Of a stretch of 64,000 nucleotides of DNA, positions 1 to 10,478 are shown in pieces (position 1 is the stretch's first letter; every line of letters starts with the position of its first letter). Under the pieces are notes generated by a model, which searched no databases, was not told the DNA's origin, and saw only the letters and a list, made by a program, of their open reading frames with translations. Origin of the DNA: Rhina ancylostomus (taxonomy: Eukaryota); assembly GCA_030265395.1 (NCBI GenBank), contig JARFYF010000054.1, positions 22,984,169 to 23,048,168 on the forward strand. The letters run 5' to 3'. A program made the translations under genes and the position numbers.

Positions 1-1029
1 TTGGTGGGATGGCTAATTTACATATTTCAGGGGAGCCTGATATTCAAATTCACCATGAGCCACGGTTGTTACCCACCGACCTGAACTCTACCAGTGAAAG
101 TCAGCTGGGGACTGCTAACCCCACAAGGTGTATACTTGTTTCAGCTGACCTGGTGGGTAGGAGTGGTTCCCCACCATGCACACAGCTGCAGGAGCTCCAT
201 GTTTCTGTTGTTGGGTACTTGATTCTTTTCACCTCACCTGCATGCTGTCCACTTCCCTGTAATTAGTGGGGCCTATCTGCCTCTCAATGCATAATTAGCG
301 CTGCAGTATTTTGCTTTTGTAACACTTAATCAAGTCAATTTAACAACATGTTTTCAGTAAATCTTACAAGAACTTGCATCAGAAAACATTGCACAGATGC
401 TCAAACTGCATAATCTTGACCTGTTCATGTGCAGTTTAATGTACCAAAGATTTTTTTAACTTAAAAATATTTCACAACCTCCTCTCATTTATTAATGTTT
501 GTTTACAAGCTCATCATTACTCATTTAGACATAAAGTTTAATTTTATAAGAATGATTTCCAAATATATTAATAATCCAAAATTGATATTGTGAAATAAAA
601 TATTGATCTCACCAATAGCTCCTTCAGAAATGGGGTGTATTTTCATACTGCCTCTGCATTGATTTCCTAAACTAATTGGCTTGCAATAGCAGTCTGGTAA
701 TTTGTGGTTTACAGATTTCCTGTGACTGTGCATTTAGTTTGTGTTTTGATTTTCCAATCCATTCTATTGATTTTTTTATTGTGAAGTGACAATTTTGTCG
801 GCTTGCATTCATGACGTTGGGTGGAGGTGGTGAGTGGGTGGGGGGGGGAGGGGGTGGTGTTGGAGGGCTTTAAGTTTCAGAAAATTTCTTCCTTGTTCCA
901 AGGGGGGGAAAGAAATGTATCCTTAACTTGAAAGGAGTTGATTCACTTGTGTTCACTTTAAAGTAAAATTTGTTTCTTGTGCATCTACTTGGAGTCCTGG
1001 GTGACTGGAGTTATTCCAAATCAATCCGT

Positions 1030-1445
1030 GTGGATCTTGCCTTGACCTATGCACTTATTGCCCATGTGCAAGCTGCTTTATGTTGGTTCCTGTTGCAGCA
1101 ACTCCTCGATTTATTCAAAAAAAATTCTTCCCTGTTTTCAAATGTGGCTCCATTCCTCTCCTCGCTCCGCGACCTCCTTCAGCCTTCAAACCACTTAAGG
1201 TCTCTACATTCCTACAATTCTGGCCTCTACCATAACCCCAACATTAATTGGTGCCAGTGGCTTCAAGTTGGACCCTGAGCCCTGGACCTCCCACCTTAAA
1301 ACTCTCCGCCTCAGTTTAAAACTATCAGTCTGAGTAACCTTTTGTCATTGTTTCTCATCATCGTCTTTCATGGCTCAGTGTCAAGTTTTATATCCATGCA
1401 TACTCCAATGAAGCATTTTGGTATGCCAAGTGCTTTATGTAACAG
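1030..1445 (+). mobile_element. Decayed L2 LINE 3' end
   Basis: ORF 970-1278 (HVQAALCWFLLQQLLD...LRDLLQPSNHLRSLHSYNSGL) resembles the L2 ORF2 C-terminus (PVLADLHWLPV...LLQPYNP.RSLRSSNSGLL), followed by an L2-type tail (tgaagcattttgg). Confidence 0.75.
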
Positions 1446-1484
1446 GAAGGCTACTACACAAATACAGATTATCAATTTTTTTCG

Positions 1485-1600
1485 CCAGCTTAGAAGAAGG
1501 TTACTGAACCCAGTGGTTGCACTTTCACTGCTGCCTTGGCTCATGTCAGCCAACTTCATGTTTTAAACCAGGGAATCCTCCTTGTGTCTATTGTTCAGTT
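1485..1600 (-). mobile_element. Old tRNA-SINE fragment (AmnSINE2-like family, tentative)
   Basis: Shares actgctgccttggct..atgtcagccaact..accaggga..cctccttgtgtcta with the copies at 10025-10220 and 22430-22745. Confidence 0.45.
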
Positions 1601-1909
1601 TTATTTTGTTCTTGCTTTTAAAATCTTAAGGCCACATGTCATTTTTTCCTCTGCATCACAGTGTGGTTGAATTTGTGCATGAGCTGTCTGAAGTGGGAAT
1701 TGCAAATGCAAATTTGGATCTTGGGAATTTCTTTCCTCTTTTGAAAGATTCAGTGTTGTTGTCAAAATATTCTGTTTGAGAGGAGCCAGTTACTTCTGAG
1801 GAGAACAGAAACCAACAGATCAGCTGTCAATAATGCAAATTATTCATTCGTCAGTTTAAAGGCAATCATTAATCTCCCAGTATTAATGAAACTAGCAAGC
1901 AGTTCTCAA

Positions 1910-2127
1910 AACACCCATTTCACACAAAGAACAGTAGGAATTTGGAACTTGATTTGCCTGTTTTTGTGTTCTTGGCCAGTTGGAGATTTCAAGACAGAGA
2001 TTGATCAGTTTTTGTGAGTTACAGATATCAAGGGACATAAAGCAGAGGCAGAAAAATGGAGTTGAGGCCCCTTATCTCATCACATGATAGCACAAGACCA
2101 AGGGGTAGAAAGGCCTCTTCTTGTTCG
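1910..2127 (+). mobile_element. CR1 LINE 3' end, decayed
   Basis: tttcacacaaaga..gaatttggaact..ttcaagacagagattgat..aaatggagttgagg..aaaggcctcttcttgttc follows the CR1 3'UTR pattern also seen at 13078 and 53595. Confidence 0.7.
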
Positions 2128-2169
2128 TCATTTCCTTCAATCACTTCACATGAAATTAAAATTTACTGA

Positions 2170-2485
2170 AAATAGACTCTAGTTATCCAATCAGGCATAT
2201 TTTCTGATGAAACAATTGATACTGGGTTGACCATACAGTCTGAGCTCAGAAATTTATCCAGGCCAGGGTGATTTTCCCAGTGAGACCAGGTGTCCTGTGG
2301 CTTGATCATTTGTTGGTGTTTTACCATCAAAAAGATCAATGACATGCTTGAGTTTGTTATGTTTTTGGTGAGTCAGATATGGAAAAGGTTAAAAGTACTG
2401 GGGCTTGGACTGGGTTAAGATGGTTGTGGTTGGGTCAGGTCAGGTTTGGGTCAAATACTCATTTTTATACCCAAGCAGACCCTAA
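2170..2485. mobile_element. Old non-autonomous DNA-transposon-like repeat (hAT-like, tentative), copy 1
   Basis: Shares tccagg[c/t]cagggtgattt, aagtact..ttggactg, GGGTC/GGTT-rich subterminal repeats and caagcaga..ctaa with 20010-20292. Confidence 0.5.
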
Positions 2486-2592
2486 CAGGAAGGCCTTGTG
2501 TTTATTTCTTGTGCATCAGCAAATGATGAGCTGCTACCTACTGATGTGGGAAAGAGGAAAGATAAATAAGAGTTGCATCAGTTAATCTCTTT

Positions 2593-2760
2593 AAGCCAGG
2601 GTGCAGCTGTGATGTCTACTGTGAGACACAGTCTGCTGTCTCTCACTGTCCAGTATCACACAAAAGAGAACAGTAACATGAATGAGGTTCCATAAGGCTG
2701 CTACTGCTTCCTGGGCTCCTGTAATACAGCAACAGAGGACTAGCTGCTTGTGGCTTCAAG
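2593..2760 (+). mobile_element. Old SINE 3' half (AmnSINE2-like, tentative)
   Basis: agctgtgatgtc..ctgctgtctctcactgtccagtatcacacaaaagagaa..gaggttcc matches the recalled consensus ggctgtgatgcc..cactcactgtctaggctcacacatgaagaatgg. Confidence 0.5.
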
Positions 2761-4997
2761 TTCTGAGTACAGTCTACTCTCATTTACACAAAGTACTGAT
2801 CTGTTAATGAACTCTTGGTGGAAGGAAGTCTGTTAGTGTCACTGTGATTTAATGAGAGCTTAAAACTATTGAAATCCAAGTCCTCAGTTGAGTAAACTAT
2901 TGACACTTAGGTTTTTAAAGATTAAAGCTGAATTTGACTCAGTTGGTCAGGTTGCAGAGGGAGACAAGGACAAGTCGAACCATTGACCAGTCACGATTCA
3001 GGAGAGGAGGAGGAAAGGAGAAATCACCAGATAAAGATAAAATGTTAGGGTTAAGATGATTCCATTCAAACCAAAGCAGATCTGCATTCTCAGGTGATCA
3101 CACTGATACGGGAACAATCTCCACGGATNNNNNNNNNNNNNNNNNNNNNNNNNNNNNNNNNNNNNNNNNNNNNNNNNNNNNNNNNNNNNNNNNNNNNNNN
3201 NNNNNNNNNNNNNNNNNNNNNNNNNNNNATGTGAAGTGAGTTGGTACTTGGCACAGACAGGCCTTGACACTAGTCACAGTTTGATTTGAGTGCGATTGCA
3301 CTGTGCAAAACCAAGGCATAGCTGAAATTAGGCGTTGTCAGTAAATCAGTGAATAGCACTTCTATTAGACTATCTCTTTTCCCTTTCAAAAAGAGGAATC
3401 AGATTTCGATTGCCATCATAGTCAATTGTGCATGTAATTGAACACTATTCACAGCAGGTTTAATATTCCTTTACCTTTAACCTTGAGAAGCCATTCTACC
3501 TGTTAAGGCATCACAAGGCCAATAATTAATACGTGAGTTTTTGTTTGAGTTGCGTCTGGCTTCTCATTCCCTGCCTCAATTTTCATCTGCAGGGTGGGTT
3601 TTTTTTTCCCTCTTTCATATATTCTGACTGACAGATTAACTTATGTTTTAGAAGGCAAAAAGAAAACGAGGGTACTGTCAGATTTGCTTGTTCGAAAATT
3701 AGATTAAATGCCATTGTCACTTGCAAAGGNNNNNNNNNNNNNNNNNNNNNNNNNNNNNNNNNNNNNNNNNNNNNNNNNNNNNNNNNNNNNNNNNNNNNNN
3801 NNNNNNNNNNNNNNNNNNNNNNNNNNNNNCAAAGGATTGCAGTGTTCAAGCGATAAGGTTACATTTAATGAGAGGAAAGAGCCTCCTCGCAGGGGATGAT
3901 GATTTTCTTCTGTCAGGTTGGTGCTTTATCACAGAACCTGATACTGCTGCACCCTGGCAGCTGCTGATAATGGATGATCAAGAACAGTGTACCACTTCAA
4001 TCGCCGCTCTGCTCTAAGAGACAACTTATCGCCCATTTCAACTGTGGGGACTGGGAAATAATTAGCAGCTAACATGTGTCTTGTGAGCGGCAGTGCATCA
4101 CCCGCTGCCAAGCTCTTCCACTGTTCCTTCCTTCCTGCCAGGCCGGCTCAGTCTTTGCCTCGACAGAAGGCTCAAGTTCAGAAGGTTGAGTTACCCACAT
4201 GAATGTAATGACTTCTTTAGTTAAACCAGGAGAGTATTAGCCTCTGAGCAATCCTTTAATAATTGGGATGGAGAGAAAGGGGAAAATGAGCACAGATGAA
4301 AATTCTTGTGTCGACTAATAACCAGGCAGCAGAAAATCTCTTGTGGAGAAATTATGCTTTGCATAATTTTGGTACGTAAATTCATTGTTATGCTTAACTC
4401 TGAATTGGACCCTCTCAAAAAAAAAAGTGACATAGTCCAATACACCTTTGAAAAAGCAGTAGGGTGTTTTGCATCCAGAAAAATGTGTTAGAACAGGACA
4501 AGCATCACCCCTTTGAGCCACACTCAATTGAATATGGCTGTGCATAATCAAATGAGGGCATCATGCATTAAAGGCACACTTCCTTTAGAAGTCAGACATT
4601 AATGACATACATCATGGCTACATAGGAGAGGGGTACTACAGGAAAGGGAGGGAGAGCTCCAAACTTTGCGAAGGGACGTAGAAGTCCTGGTTAATGAAAT
4701 TTATGCCAAGAGGGTAGTCTCGCGTGCTGCAAGGTGACAACTGATCCTCTGGCACTGCCGGGTTACCAAAGATGTCTCCTGTGGGTGTCAAAGTCCCTGG
4801 GCAATGATTTGTCAAGATGAGGTGCATATTACTAACATACAGACTCACTAATGCACAGACCCACACACACAGGCTGTTACTCCATCCACACCCTCACTTT
4901 ACAGTTGACCTTCTGCTCTCTCCACTCCCCACACAGAGGTCGATCTTCCAAATGAGGGATAATGAAAAGAACCAAGGGCACAAGTTCACTATTCCCT

Positions 4998-5658
4998 AAA
5001 TGGGTGGACAGGGTGGTGAAGAATGCATGTGACATGCTTGGCTTCATTGGTCATGACATTTAGTGCAAGAGTTAAGATGTCATGTTACAGCTGTACAAAA
5101 TCTTGGTTGGGCCACACATTGAGTGCAGTTCTGGTAACCATACTTTGGGAAGGATGTGATTAAGCTAGAAAGGGTACAGGGAAGATTCACAAGGATGTTG
5201 CCTGGACTGGAGAGCTTGAGCTACAAGGAGAGATTGGATCGACTGGGGCTGCTTTCCCTGGAGCGAAGGAGGCTAAGGGGTGACCTTATAAAAATTTACA
5301 AAATCATAAGGGGCATAGATAGGGCAGGTAGACACAGTCTTTTTTTCCAGGGTAGTGTTATCTAAAACTCAAGGGCAAAGGTTTAAGGTGAGAGGGGAAC
5401 TTTAAGGGGGATCTGAGGGCAAGTTTTTCACACAGAGGGTGGTGGTTGTATGGAATGAGCTGCCAAAGGAAGTGGTAGGGGCAGATGCAATTGCAACATT
5501 TAAAATACATTTGGTCAGGTTCATGGACAGGGATGGTTTAGAAAGATATGGGCCAAAGGCAGGCAAATTGAACTCATGTAGAGAGGCACCTTGGTCAGCA
5601 TGGATGAGTTAGGCAAAAGGGTCTGTTTCCATGCTGCATGACTCCATGACTCTATGAC
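4998..5658 (+). mobile_element. CR1 (HER1-like) LINE, 5'-truncated: ORF2 C-terminus and 3'UTR
   Basis: ORF 5156-5365 KLERVQGRFTRMLPGLESLSYKERLDRLGLLSLERRRLRGDLIKIYKIIRGIDR is classic CR1 ORF2. It ends in the 8-nt repeat tail atgactcc-atgactct-atgac. Confidence 0.95.
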
Positions 5659-6167
5659 ACAGTGACCTTCACTTCATCCATTTACACTAAGATGGCAAGA
5701 AATTAGAGGGAGACCTCCCACATGGTGACAAGCTCTCATGTGTTCTGTATCTCACTGAGCAACTGACCTGCTCCTCGTGAGCAGAGGGTCTACCAATGAC
5801 CAGCGAATGCTGAGGAATGAACAGAACTATTTAGGAGACACATGTCATGTGGAAAATCACTAGGTGTAGGGGGCTTGCTAGAAGATGGGTGCACGCATCT
5901 GCACTACCCTAAAGGGCTCAGATCAGGATGTTTTCAAGTTGATGCATGTGCGCGTTGAGATGGTTTGTAACCCATTAGATGTGCCTCAACAACTGCAGGG
6001 AATAACAAGGAGGCTATGGACATTTCTTTGCTGGGAATCAGCCACTGTCTTATCACACATTGCCTGTGGTTCAGGGCATTACTGCTGTGCAGGTGTAGAT
6101 GGAAGCCACACCAAGTCTGGCTGCTTCTACACAGTCTCGCCCTGATCCAGCTGGAGCTCTGGTGTCT

Positions 6168-6335
6168 GCCACACAGGAGCAGTTTGACGTTCTAAGGGAG
6201 CAGTGTTATGCTGCCAGAGGGCAGTTTGATGTCTTAACTGAGCAGAGAGATTCCACTTGTCAGCAGATTACTGCTCACAGTGGAGACGGGGATGCAACCA
6301 ATCAGCAGCTTGCAGTTCTGCAAGAGCCAAGGACT
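6168..6335 (+). repeat. Four degenerate in-frame 42-nt tandem units inside ORF 6099-6593
   Basis: Units start at 6168, 6210, 6252 and 6294: ATQEQFDVLREQCY / AARGQFDVLTEQRD / STCQQITAHSGDGD / ATNQQLAVLQEPRT. Confidence 0.7.
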
Positions 6336-7149
6336 GCTGATGTCAGTAGAGTGATGCCACCTTTCATCAGATCACTGTCCAGAGGAGCAGAGGTATGGCA
6401 CGTGGGAATTCATCTCGCTTCTGCAGGAGCAGTGACACAGTTTGGCACCCAAACTCTCAGCTGCCTTCATCATGGGCAATCCTGTTCAGTTTGTGCAGAG
6501 CTTGAAGACAGCAGGGACAAGACTCATGTGATTCAAGGTTTGCAAACTGGCTCAGCTCAGAGTCTGGAGATTGAAAGTGGTGGGACATGCTAGAAAGTTC
6601 TTCCATCATTATCTCACCTCTCCCCGCACCCACCCCCCACCGTCCCAGAAAAGAGAATGTCTGGTGTGCCGATTCATAACGGGGCATCAATTTTTCACCC
6701 ATCACAGCACCTCAAACAACACGCTTGCCTGTGTCCCGGTACCAACCATTCTAGATTGCTTCTATTGGCCCTGGGTAGCAGTCTGAAGCTGACCCATCTG
6801 GAGCAAGAACCAATGATGTGGTGAAATTAAACATCTACTCTATTTTGCACCTTCTCTTGTTGCATTTGATTGCAAAAAAAACACAAATAGGTGAGATGTG
6901 ATTGCTTGTACAGGAAAGGATGACAGTACACCATTCAGATCCATCTGTGTGCTGACAGAAGCACCATGTGCTGGATGGCACTTTATGGAAGTCCAAGTAC
7001 ACCACATCCACTGGTTTACCCTTTTCTATTCTACTAGCTACAACCTCAAAGAACTCGAGTTGACTTGTTTAACGTGCGGAGGCTAAATAGCCTATTACAG
7101 TTTCGACTTAGGGTCTTGTAGTTTCCCTTTCTCTGTTGACTCTGCCCTC

Positions 7150-7268
7150 GGGCAGGCATGGTAGTGTAGCGGTTAGTGTAACGCTATTACAGCGCCAGCA
7201 ACCTGGGTTCAATTCCAGAGTGTGTACGTTCTCCCAGTGTCTGTGTGGGTTTCCTCCCACATTTCCAA
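7150..7268 (+). mobile_element. tRNA-derived V-SINE 5' part, internally deleted
   Basis: A-box-like tggtagtgtagcggttag, B-box gggttcaattcc, V-domain gttctcccagtgtctgtgtgggtttcctcccaca. Confidence 0.85.
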
Positions 7269-8166
7269 TCTGTGGAAAGTACTCCAGAATATCTGGAGTT
7301 TTGGAAGAGAACAAGAAGTGCATCCATGGGATTCTTTGCCAACTTCCTTATAATCTTGGGTAAAGAAATGGGTGCTGATCAATCCAGTTTCTGGGCTCCT
7401 ACCTCTTGTGCATGGAAGGCTTTTCCGAAATGTGCCTCACATAAAAGATGGTGTCCAGAAGTCCTGAGAGAGACCACTGAGGAGTTGGTTGAAAATATAT
7501 TTTTGAAACAAACTTTGTTCTTTTGAACCATGCTTTAACTTTTTAATGGTGTAATCTGAGTTTATGTGGAAAGTAAGTGCAGTTGATGCTAGTGAGGTCA
7601 CTGAGCGCCACTAAGTTAAGTTTAAAGTGGTGTGGGAAGCATGGATGGGGTGGTGAAACTAAAACCATATTACTTAGTCCAAAAGCAGGTGTTGCAGCTT
7701 GCTCTGTGACTGGCATGCGCAGAGTCTGCCCAGTTGATTGCAACTTGATATTTTAATGAAAATTTTTGAGATCAAAGATGTATTAAGTGTGTACCAAATC
7801 AGGTCGAAAAATGGTGGAATTTGTGTCTCTGGGTGTCTTTTGCGGGTCAATAGAGTTTTCATGTCCAAAGCGTTACACGTTAGTGGAAGTGTCCAGACCA
7901 AAAAAAGGTGTTTGGAACTGTTTGAGTCACTAGTTAAAGAAAATAACAAAATCATATTTTTACACTCCAGGTTTGGACATTGATTTTCAGCACACATTTC
8001 ATATGTGTGTATAAGATGTGACCAGCAAATAGAGTTTTTAAATAAATACTCTGGCTCTATCTTGTGGAGAGTTCAAGTAACTACATTCTTTCATTTTTCT
8101 CTAAGATAGTAATGCTTCAATTTCTTAATTTAAAATATAACTTTTCCTTTTTATGTTCTGCTCTAG

Positions 8167-8215
8167 GTTTCGGATGCCACTTCTGAGAAACTTTTCAATA
8201 CGACCACAAGCAAAG
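8167..8215 (+). CDS. AUTS2/FBRSL1: Internal 49-nt coding exon of an AUTS2-family gene (AUTS2 or paralog FBRSL1); peptide VSDATSEKLFNTTTSK plus 1 nt, phase 0 to phase 1
   Basis: Seen: polypyrimidine tract and TAG acceptor (cttttcctttttatgttctgctctag|GTTTCG), donor AAAG|gtaggc, open frame. Recalled: human AUTS2 exon 6 encodes ASDASSEKLFNTVIVNK(D) and FBRSL1 has ASVGSEKLFAPGTDK(G), with the same 0/1 phases. Residues favour AUTS2; the 49-nt length (AUTS2 is 52) leaves FBRSL1 open. Confidence 0.88.
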
Positions 8216-9666
8216 GTAGGCCCCATCCCATTTTCTCATCAGTTGTCTCCTGCACAGGCCTTCTGACCTTGAGCCGTATGCAAAGTGGCACTTTTAAGCT
8301 GCTAATTGCAGTGAAAAGCTTTTAGCTTTGAGTATTTCATTTTGGTTTGCAGCCAAAGAGGGCGACGAGCAAATCAACATTCCTACTACATTGCTGGTAA
8401 CCAGGGTGAAAGGCTCTTCAGTTGTAGAAGCAAAGGATGATTGATTAACAAAAGGCCTTTCCTCTTGCCCTGGCTTTCTTTCTAGATTTGAATGTATTTC
8501 CCACATTTTCATCTTTGTTTACTCATACAGTTTGATTTGTGCCATCCATTTAGTTGTGAATAGCCATGCTTGACAGAGGTTCTTTATCTCCTTGCAACTT
8601 TTTGAGGTGATTTAGTTCTTGTGATAGGATTAAGTTTTCTTTGTGAAGCCTTAAATCAACAGCAGCTTTCCATATATAAAAACATTGCCAGGAAACACAA
8701 CACAAATAGTCCTTTGGTGTATTTCCCTCCATCTTCATTTCCATGAAAATAACTTCATTTTCTCTACTCATGAGTGTTTTCTTCATGCCATATGTTAATT
8801 TGTGTTGCCAGCACGAGTGACAAGAGATAAATGTTAATGCAGGTGTTGGAGGCTTGGACACTTGGTATTTTTATTGGGATGGGACGGGACGGGACGGGTA
8901 GGGGGAGGGTTGGGGAGATTAACGAATGCACAGGAACTGTTGTTCTGGGGAATTTGCATTCACTCTCCCAATACATCGAAGAAATCCCCTTTGAAAGGAG
9001 TCTTTTGGTGAAGAAATAATCTGAATAGCTGCTTCAAGGCAGGTGCACGAGTGAATAGTATTTTGTGGTTGGGGTCATCTTCACAGATCACAATGTGTTT
9101 AAGCTTCTTGCAAATGTTAGGAATACTTTCTTGTATGATATTGTTTTGGTTAAAGATGTTTGTACTGGACTGCCAGTAAATCTGTGACTTCCATTCAAAA
9201 TTGTATGAAATATTATGACATTCTCATTTTAAAATGCATGAGTGAGGGGAAAAGATCTCATTTCCCAGTGTTGTGATTGATCTTGATTCTACTTTAGAAT
9301 GTGTCAATCTAATTCTAATGTTCCATCCATTGGTGGTTGACTGTTCTTCCTGTTTTGTTTATAATTACATATTTCTTTTTGGTTTCACTCTGTCAAAAAC
9401 ATTTCATATTGAGAATTCAATAGAGGCATTTGGATCTCTCTGCTTTCAGTTTATATCCATTTGTCACAGTTGGGTGATAAATTAATCAAAACTGGAATCT
9501 CAATCCAAGTTCTATGTTAGCCCTTCTGCTGGAGGCAGGCTCTTATTCGAGGGTATTCCTTCGGAGTCTTGTCCAAGTGACAGATGTTTACGTGCGAGCT
9601 GAAACAGTAAGTATCTGAAGGCCATGTAGGCCTAAGAAGTGCCCCAGCCAAACTCGATTTATTGTC

Positions 9667-10007
9667 AGCTGTGGCTTAGTTTATCTTGCCCCGGGTCAGA
9701 ATGAGTCCTTTCCATTCCAGAGAAACAAGTGTAAAAAAAACTTGATGTTAAAACGAGGTCCTGCCTATCCCATTTTAGAAGATCCTGTGGCACTTGTTTG
9801 AAGACAAGTGGTCTCCCTGATGTTGTGGCAATTTTTATTCACATCCAACATCACTGATGTTGATTATCTGGTCATTGTTGTGTTGTTATTAGTGGGATCC
9901 TACTAATTACCTGTCACATATCCTACCGAGCAACAATGACTACTTTTCAAAAGCACATCATTGACTGTAAAGCATCTAGGATGTTCTGATATAAATGCAG
10001 GTCTTTT
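9667..10007 (+). mobile_element. DeuSINE (SacSINE1/AmnSINE1-like)
   Basis: Deu-domain-like gatgttaaaacgaggtcctg..gatcctgtggcac..ccaacatcact..gattatctggtcatt, with tail cattgactgtaaagcatctagga..tataaatgcaggtcttt. Confidence 0.8.
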
Positions 10008-10024
10008 TATCCAATAGATATCTA

Positions 10025-10220
10025 CAAGTGTACTCTTTCAGCATGGGTCACTGATGGTAATCATGGATGAGAACTCTGGGTTATTCTTTTAGCCCGCATG
10101 ACAATTGATCTGTGTCCTCACATAGCCATGGCTCAGCACAATTAACCTAGCACAGTGTAAGATTAAAACAATAGAACTTTGCTGCTCTGTATAACTCACC
10201 ATGACTTGCTCCCACGCACA
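10025..10220 (-). mobile_element. Old tRNA-SINE (AmnSINE2-like, tentative)
   Basis: cagcatgggtcactga..aatcatgga..gaactctgg parallels ccagcaggggtcactgaata..atcagga..aacccaggctg at 22556-22600. Confidence 0.5.
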
Positions 10221-10478
10221 CCACAATTAACAGGGGATTTCAGGGAGTCCTTTAAAATGCCAACAACTCTCAAAACCCCTAGGAAACAATGATCTGTTCG
10301 GCAGACTGTAATATAAATGTGGGGAAGTATGCATTTTGTTCAGGATTTGAACATCTATATTTCTGACTTAAGAAGATGGGGTTGCTGTATCTACTTGTTT
10401 TGTATACACCTCCACACAACCATCTGAAGACGTCTGCAGTTGACTGTCTGTGCTTCAAACAGTCCTTGCTCCCTGGAG

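Larger units (their letters stand above)
4460..7020 (+). mobile_element. PIF/Harbinger transposon relic (Myb/SANT-like accessory ORF remnant), interrupted by a CR1 insertion
   Basis: About 4640-4720 reads GKGGRAPNFA, frameshift, DVEVLVNEIYAKRVV (Harbinger Myb-like RAPxF..(D/E)LEVLV.EV motif). After the CR1 it resumes with KMARN*RETSH (about 5690, cf. KxAHNRRE..TGGG). A weak antisense transposase-like trace lies at about 6900-7010. Confidence 0.55.
1..8166 (+). other. 3' part of the large intron upstream of the AUTS2-family exon
   Basis: Inference from the exon at 8167. No upstream CDS(D/E)SD micro-exon was seen in 1-8166. Confidence 0.7.

Noticed and set aside
1-180. Nested short inverted repeats (TACCCACC/GGTGGGTA, GTCAGCTG/CAGCTGAC)
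   Set aside because: Only 8-bp arms, cut by the window edge; probably the end of a decayed MITE.
3895-3967. C/D-box-like pair ATGATGA...CTGA (similar pairs near 22125-22214 and 37644-37739)
   Set aside because: No terminal stem and no recognisable rRNA or snRNA guide; such pairs are expected by chance.
7150-7216. tRNA-like A and B boxes
   Set aside because: SINE head continuing into a V-domain; no complete cloverleaf, so not a tRNA gene.
8174-8215. Alternative frame of the exon starting at ATG (MPLLRNFSIRPQAK)
   Set aside because: The phase-0 frame matches the AUTS2 family; this ATG is a by-product of the GAT-GCC codons.
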